In this document: positions 9,086 through 17,985 of the stretch, in pieces | Layout: each line of letters begins with the position of its first letter | Numbering within the stretch: the stretch's first letter is position 1 | Source: a virus | Taxonomy: Duplodnaviria; Caudoviricetes | Reading direction: 5' to 3' (one strand) | DNA length: 57,942 nucleotides | IMG/VR virus record: IMGVR_UViG_3300025009_000122 | Span: 1-57,942 of that record | Translations under genes and position numbers: made by a program | Notes under the pieces: model-generated | Database searches by the model: none | Seen by the model: only the letters and a program-made list of their open reading frames with translations | Told to the model about the DNA's origin: nothing

Positions 9086-9393
9086 TTCGATTCTCCTTCT
9101 GTCGGTTGGATTTCATCCATTAGTGCGGCCGCTTCCGGTTCGATCTCCATCTTTTCGAGCGAAGCAATCTCTTTTTCGATGTATCTGATATCTTCGCGCA
9201 TTTGCCGGATAAGGGTGCGCCGCCCATATTCCGTGAATGGAAAAACCATTTCTCTGTCAACCACGCATGGAATATTGCTAGCTCTGGTTTCAACATCGTA
9301 TTGGTCGAAATCGAGAATCTTGGTTACGGTGGCCTCTAAAACTTCCACCGCGCTCGGCCTGATGAAGACTTTCTCGCCAACTTGTGCGTTCAT
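9082..9393 (-). CDS. hypothetical protein
   Basis: ATGA-coupled to both neighbours. Confidence 0.6.
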   Translation of the reverse strand: MNAQVGEKVFIRPSAVEVLEATVTKILDFDQYDVETRASNIPCVVDREMVFPFTEYGRRTLIRQMREDIRYIEKEIASLEKMEIEPEAAALMDEIQPTEGESN

Positions 9394-9659
9394 GCTTCCC
9401 CCCATGCTTCTTCGGCTCTGATCGCCGACTCAAGCGCAACCTCTTCCCTGATCCGAGATCCATAGACCTCTTTTCCGTAGGTATCGACCGCCGCCTTGAG
9501 GTCCGAAATGATCCGATCGAGCCGGTCAAGCTGGGTCCTGAATTTCTCGGCGACTTCTCGGGCTTCCGGGGTTGGGCGAGGAGCGAACTCCAAGCTTCGC
9601 CGGGCGGATTCTGCGATGGATTCCATTTCTTCGATGCTCTGCGTGATGGTCTCTTTCAT
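9390..9659 (-). CDS. hypothetical coiled-coil protein
   Basis: 89-aa ORF in operon. Confidence 0.6.
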   Translation of the reverse strand: MKETITQSIEEMESIAESARRSLEFAPRPTPEAREVAEKFRTQLDRLDRIISDLKAAVDTYGKEVYGSRIREEVALESAIRAEEAWGEA

Positions 9660-9805
9660 GGCCTACCTATTCGCCAGAATGATTTCCGGCTGTCCGTCAC
9701 AAACGAAATGCGGATACCGGGTCCGATGCTCATCGACGATCCCGAGCATGAGGCTTGCGGCGAAAAGAAGCGCAGCGGTAAATATGAGAAGGCGGTCCAT
9801 GATGC

Positions 9806-10072
9806 TCATGCCTGGGGCCTTTCGTCGGTAAATTCTTCAAAAACGAGTTCTTTGTGGCAAAGCGAAAGGCGAGATCCAGAAGAAATTATGAGAGTCCCGG
9901 CGATCACCTGGCTTGTATCTACCTTTTCAGGTTCCCCGAACATGGCGCATCGATCGCCACAAACCACCTCAGAGTCCGAGAAATTAGGGTTATGGATCGG
10001 GCATGTTACAGCCCGCATTTTACCGGCGCGTTCGATGAAAAGCACTCCATCCTTGTCGATCTTGCCTTTCAT
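9806..10072 (-). CDS. hypothetical Cys-containing protein
   Basis: AAAGGA RBS; CP..CGDRCAMFGEP..LC. Confidence 0.65.
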   Translation of the reverse strand: MKGKIDKDGVLFIERAGKMRAVTCPIHNPNFSDSEVVCGDRCAMFGEPEKVDTSQVIAGTLIISSGSRLSLCHKELVFEEFTDERPQA

Positions 10073-10128
10073 GCCAGGGTCCTTTCTGGCCCCGGATCGC
10101 CCGGGGCCGGTTTAGGGTTGATTGATCT

Positions 10129-10863
10129 TCAGCAGATAATCGGAATTGCGGTCGGAAGCGCGCGTGAAAGCCATGCCTTGATCCGCTGCATGGCTTCGAT
10201 CTTCCACCGGCCGCCATCTGCCTCGTAAAGCGCGACAGAAGGCAAAGTGCCGTCTTTTCCGGATTTCATCCTGAGAAGAAATTCACTAGCCGGCTGCTCG
10301 ATTTCGAGGAATGTCCGGTAGGGCCGAAGGATACAGGGGTTTTTTACGACCATTTCGGCGACTCGAGCGATTCCCGATTTCGTTGACACAACCTGGGAAA
10401 TGCCGTCATCGGCGAACGTTTTCACGGCTTCATCCTTGATATTGCCGATGAGCTGAAGGATTCCCGCCGTTTCTTCGTCCTGCACAAACTGCGTCCGAAG
10501 CTGAATCATGAAGGTTTCGTGATCCAGGTATTGCCCGAAGGGAAAGCGCGGGGGCTCGGATGTGGCAACCAGAATATCGAACCGCTGCCGGTGCGCCCCA
10601 AAGATCTGAGTGCAAAGCGTGACCTTTGCGAACGAATCCACATGCACAAGCATGTCGTCAAGCGCGTGGGCTATGCTGAGCTCATGGCTCGGGCCGTCCA
10701 GGTAGTCCGAGAGCCCGGTCAGCGTTTTTACCTGAATTGGGTCCGGAAAGGATTCAAGCAGCGGCTTGATGCTTCCCGAAGACCTGATGTAGGGTTTATC
10801 GCCGTGCTCGATAATCTCGGCAGGCCCATGGTCTTTGATCCACTGCATCGCCTCAGCAATCAT
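10129..10863 (-). CDS. conserved phage protein, normally paired with the small upstream gene
   Basis: FADDGISQVV..LRPYRTFLEIEQPASEFLLRM..LYEADGGRWKIEAM. Confidence 0.85.
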   Translation of the reverse strand: MIAEAMQWIKDHGPAEIIEHGDKPYIRSSGSIKPLLESFPDPIQVKTLTGLSDYLDGPSHELSIAHALDDMLVHVDSFAKVTLCTQIFGAHRQRFDILVATSEPPRFPFGQYLDHETFMIQLRTQFVQDEETAGILQLIGNIKDEAVKTFADDGISQVVSTKSGIARVAEMVVKNPCILRPYRTFLEIEQPASEFLLRMKSGKDGTLPSVALYEADGGRWKIEAMQRIKAWLSRALPTAIPIIC

Positions 10864-11225
10864 GCCTCACCCCCCTTCACCGCCTGGAATTCGACAACTC
10901 CTTTGCTGGCCGGCGGGAAAATATCGAGCTGTTTCGGTTGCGCCTGTTCGACCGCGATGGGCTTCCCGTCCTTTCGGCCGAGATAGATCATCGTCGGGAA
11001 GGGAAGATCCGGGGCGAGCTTTGCCGTGCAATCGAGCGTGACGAGCGCCTTATCCCGGTTTTCGTCGGGTTTGATCGTGACGGTGAGCGTCACTTTCCGC
11101 GTCATCTTGGCGCTCGTGTTCGGATCCTAGATGTTCTCTAAAACCCGCTGGAGCTCAAAACCGAACTTCTCGATCGCGGCTCCGGCCCCGAGGTTTTCGA
11201 GGCTGACGTTTTCAAAGTCTTTCAC
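10860..11225 (-). pseudogene. conserved small phage protein interrupted by an in-frame TAG (11127-11129)
   Basis: AGGAG RBS + GTG at 11225; MKDFENVSLENLGAGAAIEKFGFELQRVLENI*DPNTSAKMTRKVTLTVTIKPDENR. Confidence 0.75.
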
Positions 11226-11464
11226 CGTGTTTCTCCTGTTTGGGTGTTCCGGGCGGCCCGGCTGCCGCCCGGCTTAAAGGTTCTTGCGGCTTTTTTGACC
11301 AAAAAACCCTGCGCCGCCTTCCTAATCTATATGTCCATTCGCTTTCCCGCTCCGACGGCGGGTGCCGGGTGAACTCCATGCTTCTCTTGGCTCAAAGCGG
11401 CGATCACGATGTATGCGCCGACATAGCCGGTGAGGAGAAGCGCTCCCGATAAAAAGGTTTGAAA

Positions 11465-11812
11465 TCATTCGATGTGGCCTTTCAGCGCATGGACCACGGC
11501 GCGAAATATGAAATCCTTCGCCTTCTGGTCGGTCGGGAGCTGGCTGAACGGCACCATGCAGGGATGAGTCTTTATTTCTGCGTTCTTCAGCGGCCCATAC
11601 CGCCATCCCTCAGATTCCTTCTGTGCCATCCAGCATTCATGACTCTTTTCCGGACCGTGCTCGCCGTTGATGTGAAGAGCGACCCCCAGCCTTGCGCTGT
11701 GTTTCTGCCACTCCGGGGCTTCCTCCCAAGGTGCTTGCGACATATCGCCCAATGCTTCGCAATATGCCTTGTTTACCGCGTGTGCTACCTGTGCGATGTT
11801 CTCTCTGTCCAA
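11465..11812 (-). CDS. RyR-domain phage protein
   Basis: AAGGAGG RBS + TTG; SHECWMAQKESEGWRYG..KTHPCMVPFSQLP..KD. Confidence 0.8.
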   Translation of the reverse strand: MDRENIAQVAHAVNKAYCEALGDMSQAPWEEAPEWQKHSARLGVALHINGEHGPEKSHECWMAQKESEGWRYGPLKNAEIKTHPCMVPFSQLPTDQKAKDFIFRAVVHALKGHIE

Positions 11813-12002
11813 TTCCGCTTCCTCCTTCTGTTGGGGTTCACTCCGCTCCGTTCTTTCTGCCTCAATCCGCCGTCCACCGATGGCCATCCCCGGAACGCGG
11901 TTCCGGTTCAAGCTGGATCGTTCTGTCCTGTCCCACCGATGCGCGGGCAATGCCGTTGCTGTCGAATGGGCGAGATGGTTCCGGCGGTGATTCTTGATTG
12001 GT

Positions 12003-12263
12003 TCATCGGGCTTCCTTGCGGCAGAATTCCGACTCGACCGCTTGCGCCAGCTCCCACAGCTTCGCGTCGATCTTTTTCGATATCCTGTGCTCCCCGCGAA
12101 GCATCGACTGAACGTAGGTGGAGCAGAGTCCGAGGTATCTCGCGACGGCTACCGCCGGGTATCCGCAACGGGTGAAAATCTCTTTCGTCGGGTGCGGCTT
12201 CGGAAGGTACGCTTTCGGGTCGATCTTGGTTTTCGCCTGGGCGAGCTTGAGTGATTTGTTCAT
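12003..12263 (-). CDS. HTH DNA-binding protein, first gene of the PL operon
   Basis: GGAG RBS; AVARYLGLCSTYVQSMLRG helix-turn-helix. Confidence 0.65.
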   Translation of the reverse strand: MNKSLKLAQAKTKIDPKAYLPKPHPTKEIFTRCGYPAVAVARYLGLCSTYVQSMLRGEHRISKKIDAKLWELAQAVESEFCRKEAR

Positions 12264-12313
12264 ACGTACTCCAGATTTGAGGTCGTACATGAAATCCCGT
12301 ACCATTGAGACAG

Positions 12314-12343
12314 ATCATACACATTAATTATTGTGTATGTCAA
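12314..12343 (-). promoter_or_regulatory. PL promoter with CI operator
   Basis: TTGACA-N18-TATGAT with the palindrome CATACAC-N10-GTGTATG spanning the spacer. Confidence 0.85.
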
Positions 12344-12431
12344 GCGCTAAAAACAAAAATTATTTGTTCTCAACAAATATGTGCTATTATTCCCTCCTCG
12401 CGCCAAACGGAGCTGGGCAGGAGGGCTGCTT

Positions 12432-12485
12432 GAAAATACGAAACGTAACCCTTCGTAAGATTCGTACATAGGGGTTACGCTTCGT
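12432..12485 (-). terminator. long hairpin ending the cI operon (terminator or RNase III-type stem)
   Basis: ACGAAGCGTAACCC/GGGTTACGTTTCGT 14-bp stem followed by ATTTT on the minus strand. Confidence 0.5.
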
Positions 12486-12565
12486 GAACCTGGGGGAGAT
12501 ATTTATGCGTTCTTAATCGCGGAGTTTCAGAAGGGGCTTTGAACGGCGGAAACGATTGGACCTAC

Positions 12566-13021
12566 TCAGGCACTCTTAATCGCGGAAATGATGGAGGCGA
12601 TATGCTGGCGCAGAATGCATTTCATGTTTTCTTCAACGTCCGGAGGGAAGGCGGCGAAGAGCGAATGAACCGAATCCTTCGCGTGGGCATCGTAAAATTG
12701 CTTGTAATCGTTCCATGCTTTCTCTATTTTGGCCTTTCGACTCTTGCGGGCCATTGCCTTGGTGCGGACGACGGATTCGAGATGATCGACATGGAACGTT
12801 CGCATGATCCGGATGTGATTCAGACTTCCAAGCTCGATGCTGGCGAGGGCATCATGGAAGGGGGAAAGGAGGATAGAGATGGTTTCGGACCTAAGCTTGC
12901 GTCTTTCGATGAGCGCGGCGTTCGATCTGCGGACGACAGAAACAATAAGAATACCGGCGAGTGTTCCGGCAATTCCGAGAAGGTCGGAGGAGCCAAGGGA
13001 AATGCCGAAGATTTCCATCAT
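12566..13021 (-). CDS. N-terminally membrane-anchored moron protein
   Basis: Hydrophobic LLGIAGTLAGILIVSVV followed by RR; downstream of cI. Confidence 0.65.
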   Translation of the reverse strand: MMEIFGISLGSSDLLGIAGTLAGILIVSVVRRSNAALIERRKLRSETISILLSPFHDALASIELGSLNHIRIMRTFHVDHLESVVRTKAMARKSRKAKIEKAWNDYKQFYDAHAKDSVHSLFAAFPPDVEENMKCILRQHIASIISAIKSA

Positions 13022-13167
13022 GCTGCCATCATCTTAATAAAATCGCTGTGTACTGGAATGATTCTTGGCATGATAATATTTCGCGGGTGAGGCAAAAAAA
13101 ACTAACGTTCATCGCTTCGGTCGAAGCGTTCCGAATCTTTTGCGAGGCAAAAACTGAAATCTTAAAA

Positions 13168-13755
13168 TTACTTTCTCATGTTCATCAATGTATTATTTAT
13201 GTTACGCAAGTTATTGTTCATTTCGTTCAGACTTTGCTGTGACTGGTACGAGCGATACCAATTCTGCCACCTGACTCGATCCGCCGCATTCGCGATTCTA
13301 TTGGCCTGCATTTGCTGTTGAATAACCGATGTAGCGGCTTGTATGGATTTCCTTTCTGACCACAACGCGTCCCGGCGCTGAACCAAACCAATAGCTCGCT
13401 CTTTGAGTATCTCGAGATTATCGTCCAAATTAAGTAGGGCGCCCATCAGATCAACATCGGCAATCGAGTCAACGAGCTCGTCGCCGTAAAGCTTACAACT
13501 CGCTTTAGTTTTACAGCCTTCAAATCTGACATATATTTCCAGTTGGTGATGGTTCAACTTTTCTATGAATTCACTCTTAGCCAATTCATATGCATCGTAT
13601 TCTGTTTTGAATATGGCGATTTCATGGTCAATAGCATTAAACTCTTTCTGATTTTTTAAATGGCGCTGGTATAAATTTTCAAGCGCAGTTGGCTGGTGAG
13701 GCTGGATCGCGCATCCCGACAAAAAAGCGAACAACAACAAATACACCTTCTTCAT
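13168..13755 (-). CDS. lipoprotein, candidate superinfection exclusion
   Basis: GGAGG RBS; MKKVYLLLFAFLSGC lipobox; AT-rich; directly after cI. Confidence 0.75.
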   Translation of the reverse strand: MKKVYLLLFAFLSGCAIQPHQPTALENLYQRHLKNQKEFNAIDHEIAIFKTEYDAYELAKSEFIEKLNHHQLEIYVRFEGCKTKASCKLYGDELVDSIADVDLMGALLNLDDNLEILKERAIGLVQRRDALWSERKSIQAATSVIQQQMQANRIANAADRVRWQNWYRSYQSQQSLNEMNNNLRNINNTLMNMRK

Positions 13756-13766
13756 TATCGCCTCCA

Positions 13767-14480
13767 TCATTTCCGCTTCGCCCACCACCATGCCACTTTG
13801 CCAACGATCCCGTTATCGGCTTCTTCGTCTCGAAGAACCACAACGGAATCAAACTCATCCTTGTTGTTCGGAACACCTACAATCATTTTTTTATCTGACA
13901 AAACCTTCAGCCATTTGATTGTCACCCCTTCTCCGTCCCTGAACGCGACCATTTTCTTATCGAGTTGGACCGGATCTTTTTGTGAGTGATCGATAGCCAC
14001 GATATCCCCGGCCTCTAAGACCGGAGACATGCTGCTTCCGTTGACCCGGCAGCAGGTGTAATCCTCTGGGTTTCCAGGCATCCATGCCTTGTCCGCGTAA
14101 ATGATACAGTAACCCTCGACATCCTCATCGCGGACGATCGCCGGAGAACCGGCAGCAACCGGATCACGAAGGAGCTTCACGGGAATGAAATTGTCGTAGG
14201 CGAAATCTTTGTGGAAGGCTTGGAGCCTTGGGGTCGTCTGGATGCTCAGCTCGGGCGACTCTGCTTCCTTTCCGAAAAGAAGCCAGTCGGCTGACCTTCC
14301 GGTTATTTTACAAATTATAGCAAGTTTATCAATGCCTGGCATTTGACCTTTTTCGGTCCATGTCCTTATTGTCTGGTCTGAAAAACCTGTCTTTTTTCTA
14401 AATGTTGCGAGCTTACCAATAGCCGTTTTAAGCCGCTCAGGAAAACCATCTAAAATATTATTTTGTTTATCGATTGACAT
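13767..14480 (-). CDS. cI: CI-like repressor (HTH + S24 autopeptidase)
   Basis: N-terminal HTH, VAAG cleavage site, VNGSSMSP catalytic Ser, VTIKWL Lys. Confidence 0.93.
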   Translation of the reverse strand: MSIDKQNNILDGFPERLKTAIGKLATFRKKTGFSDQTIRTWTEKGQMPGIDKLAIICKITGRSADWLLFGKEAESPELSIQTTPRLQAFHKDFAYDNFIPVKLLRDPVAAGSPAIVRDEDVEGYCIIYADKAWMPGNPEDYTCCRVNGSSMSPVLEAGDIVAIDHSQKDPVQLDKKMVAFRDGEGVTIKWLKVLSDKKMIVGVPNNKDEFDSVVVLRDEEADNGIVGKVAWWWAKRK

Positions 14481-14503
14481 ACACGCTAATTATTGTGTAG
14501 AAT
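14474..14503 (+). promoter_or_regulatory. PR promoter with CI operator
   Basis: TTGACA-N18-TAGAAT with TACAC-N10-GTGTA, same layout as PL. Confidence 0.85.
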
Positions 14504-14510
14504 TTGCCCT

Positions 14511-14765
14511 ATGAAAACCAGAGACCCTGCAACAATCGAAATAATGTCCAGGTACGTCAAAGACCTTCGTGGATCAATGGGCCTTTCCCAGCAGGCTTTC
14601 GGCTCGCTTATCGGGAAAAGCAGAGACGCCGTTACGAACTACGAGAACGGCCGGGCGATTCCCCCCGGAGACGTTTTGCTCAAAATGCAGAAGCTCAAGA
14701 AGCGGCCCCCGAGATTCAACGCACCGCGCCGCAAGCCAACAACCCTCGAAGGGGGCCCTTCATGA
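14511..14765 (+). CDS. cro: Cro-like XRE HTH regulator
   Basis: LRGSMGLSQQAFGSLIGKSRDAVTNYENGRAIP; divergent from cI. Confidence 0.88.
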   Translation: MKTRDPATIEIMSRYVKDLRGSMGLSQQAFGSLIGKSRDAVTNYENGRAIPPGDVLLKMQKLKKRPPRFNAPRRKPTTLEGGPS

Positions 14766-14773
14766 AACACATA

Positions 14774-15490
14774 TCACTGAACGAGGCCCTGAGACTCTTG
14801 GCCCATCTGGCCCTGATGTTTTTCAAATTCTGCCTTTTTGCGGTTCGCCTCATCGAGAGATCGGATGTTCTTAATGACGTCGTGAAAATTGGAAACATCC
14901 TGAGCAATGGACAATCCAGGCAAGGTCTCTCCTGTGGCCCGGTTGGGGCTATAGGCGGTAATTACTCCGACGATCTGAACCCCTTCGGTCTCGGTCAGGT
15001 GGAGCACCGGGCTGCCGCTGACTCCATTGATGGTCACTCCGTCGATGAGGTAAGCGTTTCGGAAATCCTGTCTTGCGCTGACATTCCCGGAAAAGAAACA
15101 GAGGGTATAAGGCGCAATGGCGGGGTACCCGAGCCATCCAACTTCAGAACCGATATCGATGAACGAGCCCATTGGGAAAAGTGTTATGGGGATCTGTGGA
15201 AGCTCAAGCTTGCTTTTGAGGAAAAGAATTACCGATGAATCCGTTTTCCAGTCCTTATAAATCACCCGTTCTTCAGTCTTTAAAAGGGTCGAGGTTTTGG
15301 TGTGGTCATGAACGATCTTAATAGGCTCTTGCCATTCGTCGGCATGGGAAACAACGTGCTCAGCGGTAGCGACCCCGCACCAGGTTCCTGTCTCGTTGTA
15401 AAGAAGAAGAAAACCCGTACCGCTTCCGGAGGGAGTTTCGATTTTCACAACGTGCTCGGAAACCTTTTTAACGACCTGATCCCAGTTCAT
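14774..15490 (-). CDS. trypsin-like serine protease (no signal peptide)
   Basis: SGTGF, ATAEHVV (His), KTDSSV (Asp), GYP, NGVSGSPV (Ser); GAGGAG RBS. Confidence 0.9.
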   Translation of the reverse strand: MNWDQVVKKVSEHVVKIETPSGSGTGFLLLYNETGTWCGVATAEHVVSHADEWQEPIKIVHDHTKTSTLLKTEERVIYKDWKTDSSVILFLKSKLELPQIPITLFPMGSFIDIGSEVGWLGYPAIAPYTLCFFSGNVSARQDFRNAYLIDGVTINGVSGSPVLHLTETEGVQIVGVITAYSPNRATGETLPGLSIAQDVSNFHDVIKNIRSLDEANRKKAEFEKHQGQMGQESQGLVQ

Positions 15491-15549
15491 AAATTTCTCC
15501 TCTGATGAAGCTTTATCGGAGCCTATATCACCGTGTCAAGCCTTTGACA

Positions 15550-15795
15550 ATGGAAATGAATAACCGATCTACGTACCTATCCTTAATCCGCCGAGGCGGA
15601 ACACACGCCAAAGCGATAGCCTACCTTCTCGACGAATCCGGCTACACCAGAAGCCGGATCGCCCGCGAAGCCGGAGTTGATCTTTCTACCGTGAGCAAAA
15701 CCCTTTCAGGGGTTCGAAATTCTATTCCTGTTCAGAAAGCTGTTTGCAGAGTCCTCCAATTCGATCCGTGGGAGAAAAAGGATGCATCCGGTTAG
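15550..15795 (+). CDS. HTH regulator (Ner/CII position)
   Basis: TRSRIAREAGVDLSTVSKTLSG HTH; start uncertain. Confidence 0.7.
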   Translation: MEMNNRSTYLSLIRRGGTHAKAIAYLLDESGYTRSRIAREAGVDLSTVSKTLSGVRNSIPVQKAVCRVLQFDPWEKKDASG

Positions 15796-15961
15796 TTTAA
15801 TTCACGCGAAAATTTAAAGCCAAGTTTTTCCGAGGGAGCCTAAAAAACTCCCTTTTTCTGCGCTCTTGTAGGTAGGGTTTCGCGCAAAAAGTAAATAGTT
15901 ACACCATGTTTCACCCCATGCCCCGATAAAGGCTTCACCTTACAGCTCGGAAAGGCTCAAA

Positions 15962-16690
15962 ATGCCGACCTATCATTTCAAATGCGAAATCTGCGACAGG
16001 GAAAAAACCGCATGGCGCGGAGAGAGTCAGGCCCCTCCCCGTTTCTGTTCTCGCGCGTGTCACAAAGAGGCCAACATCGGAGTTGCCTTAAAGCCCGTCA
16101 AATACACCGTTTCCCCTCTTCAGTCCGAACAGATCCGCAAAACCTATCAAGCCTCGACCGGCTCCGGTGAAATCGCAGAGCTCGCCAAGCGCCTTCGCCT
16201 CCCCCGCTGGAAAATAACCCGGCACGCTCAGAAGATGGGCTGGATCGCAAAGGGCAAGAAGGAACCCTACTGGACGGAAGAGGAAGAAAAAACCCTTCAG
16301 CATTTCGCCCGGTATTGCCCCGAAAAAATACAGCTCAAGATGGTTGCGGCTGGATACGCAAGGCGAACGGTTGCGGCGATTTGCCTCAAGATGAAACGCC
16401 TCAGGTGTCGCCAGAACATAGAAGGTTATTCGGCCAGGTTTGTATCGGAATGCCTCGGCGTCGATGTTCATTTTGTCACCCGCGCAATCAATACCGGAAA
16501 GCTCAGGGCGAAGAAACGAGGGACCGCGCGGACCGAGGAACAGGGCGGGGATATGTGGTTCATCCGGGAATGGGACATCCGCGCCTACATCATCGAGAAC
16601 GTGAACGAGATCGATATCAGGAAGGTCGACAAGACGTGGTTCGTCGATTTGCTGGCGAACGGCGAAATCAGAAAAGAAGAAGCAGCATAA
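15962..16690 (+). CDS. putative DNA-binding protein (Zn ribbon + helical repeats + HTH)
   Basis: CEIC..FCSRAC; WTEEEE..L; VSECLGVDVHFVTRAINTGKLRA. Confidence 0.7.
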   Translation: MPTYHFKCEICDREKTAWRGESQAPPRFCSRACHKEANIGVALKPVKYTVSPLQSEQIRKTYQASTGSGEIAELAKRLRLPRWKITRHAQKMGWIAKGKKEPYWTEEEEKTLQHFARYCPEKIQLKMVAAGYARRTVAAICLKMKRLRCRQNIEGYSARFVSECLGVDVHFVTRAINTGKLRAKKRGTARTEEQGGDMWFIREWDIRAYIIENVNEIDIRKVDKTWFVDLLANGEIRKEEAA

Positions 16691-17140
16691 CCCAAGCTCG
16701 GCAACAAGTTAACGCTCTCAAACGCTCTACCGGAGGTTGCCACCATGCCCGAAACACCCCAATCCGAAGCCCTGATTCAGAAAGCCGAGCACCTCATTTC
16801 TCTCGCCCGTCACATCCACCAGCACGAGCCGACAAAGACGCATTTCATATCGACATACCTTTCATGCGCCGCCGAGAATTTGATTGATGCTGCGGACGCT
16901 TACGACAGGGAGGCGAGATGATCCCCTTCACCCTCTACGCGTTAGCCCTTGGCTTTTTACTCATCGTTTTTAAGAGGCTCGAAAAACTCACCTGAAAGGG
17001 AGGCTCAAAATGTTCACAGCTCTCCTGTTCGTCGGTCTTTTCTTGCTCCTTTGCCTCACCGTTGTTTTTTACATTCTGGTTTTGTCACGTAACGGAAGCT
17101 TGATGCCGGATCTCGAAGACGTTCAAGAGGAGGAATCGCG

Positions 17141-17371
17141 ATGAACCCACATCAGGAGGCGAGTCGTATGGATCGAATCAAGCGAATGGGGATAGGCGTT
17201 TGCTGGCATTGTGGGCGGCGCCTCGCCCCAACGAAACACGCCACCGTCTATGTCGATAATCTTCCGAGGAAGGTGCATGTCTCGTGTAAGCCCAAGGTCA
17301 TCGAGGAACACAAGGCTTTTGTCGGGGAAGATCCAATTTCGCAGAAGCTTAAAGAAGCCATTTTTGAGTAG
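17141..17371 (+). CDS. hypothetical Zn-finger protein
   Basis: CWHC..HVSC; RBS present. Confidence 0.55.
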   Translation: MNPHQEASRMDRIKRMGIGVCWHCGRRLAPTKHATVYVDNLPRKVHVSCKPKVIEEHKAFVGEDPISQKLKEAIFE

Positions 17372-17383
17372 AGGGAGGCGGCA

Positions 17384-17572
17384 ATGACGGAATCTCAAAC
17401 AGAATACGGCTGGCGCGAGAAGCGAGAGGAAGCCGAGCGGAGAGCGTGGAGAGAGAAGGCTAAGGATTGTGAGGCGCTTCGTCTCAGGATCGATCCTAAC
17501 GTTTTTGTGTGTGCGATATCTGGGGATTATTGCAAGTTCGAGCGATGCCATGAAAGGAAGTGGGGGAAATGA
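17384..17572 (+). CDS. hypothetical protein
   Basis: GGGAGG RBS; coupled to next gene. Confidence 0.55.
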   Translation: MTESQTEYGWREKREEAERRAWREKAKDCEALRLRIDPNVFVCAISGDYCKFERCHERKWGK

Positions 17573-17985
17573 GCGCACTCTACACCTTCCAATGCGGCAC
17601 CCAAGTAGTTTCCGAAGATTGCATCATTCTCGGGGCAGGCCAGCGCCGTTGCCCGCATCATGCCCTCTATCGGTGCCGCCTCGTCAGGGTAACTCTGAAA
17701 TGCCGGTCATGCCCGAACATCTTCGACAAGGATCCGCGTTCAAAGCAGGTCGATTGCCCGGAATGCCAAGATCGCGTGAGGAAAGAGAAAGCGCGAGAGC
17801 GGAACGCTTCGAGAAAATACCACGTAAAACCCAAGCCGAAGGCGAAACCTGGGTTCTGCACCTTCCCCGGGTGCCCGACTCGCCTATCGGAATACAACCA
17901 CGACGATTTGTGTTTCGTTCATTTGGCCGCTGAGATTGAAGCGGATTTTGAGGATATCGAAGCCGAAGAGGAAGTGGAGTCGTGA
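17569..17985 (+). CDS. Cys-rich hypothetical protein
   Basis: Multiple CxxC motifs; acidic tail. Confidence 0.6.
   Translation: MSALYTFQCGTQVVSEDCIILGAGQRRCPHHALYRCRLVRVTLKCRSCPNIFDKDPRSKQVDCPECQDRVRKEKARERNASRKYHVKPKPKAKPGFCTFPGCPTRLSEYNHDDLCFVHLAAEIEADFEDIEAEEEVES

Noticed and set aside
12539-13090. 183-aa plus-strand ORF
   Set aside because: Antisense to a better-supported membrane protein co-oriented with cI
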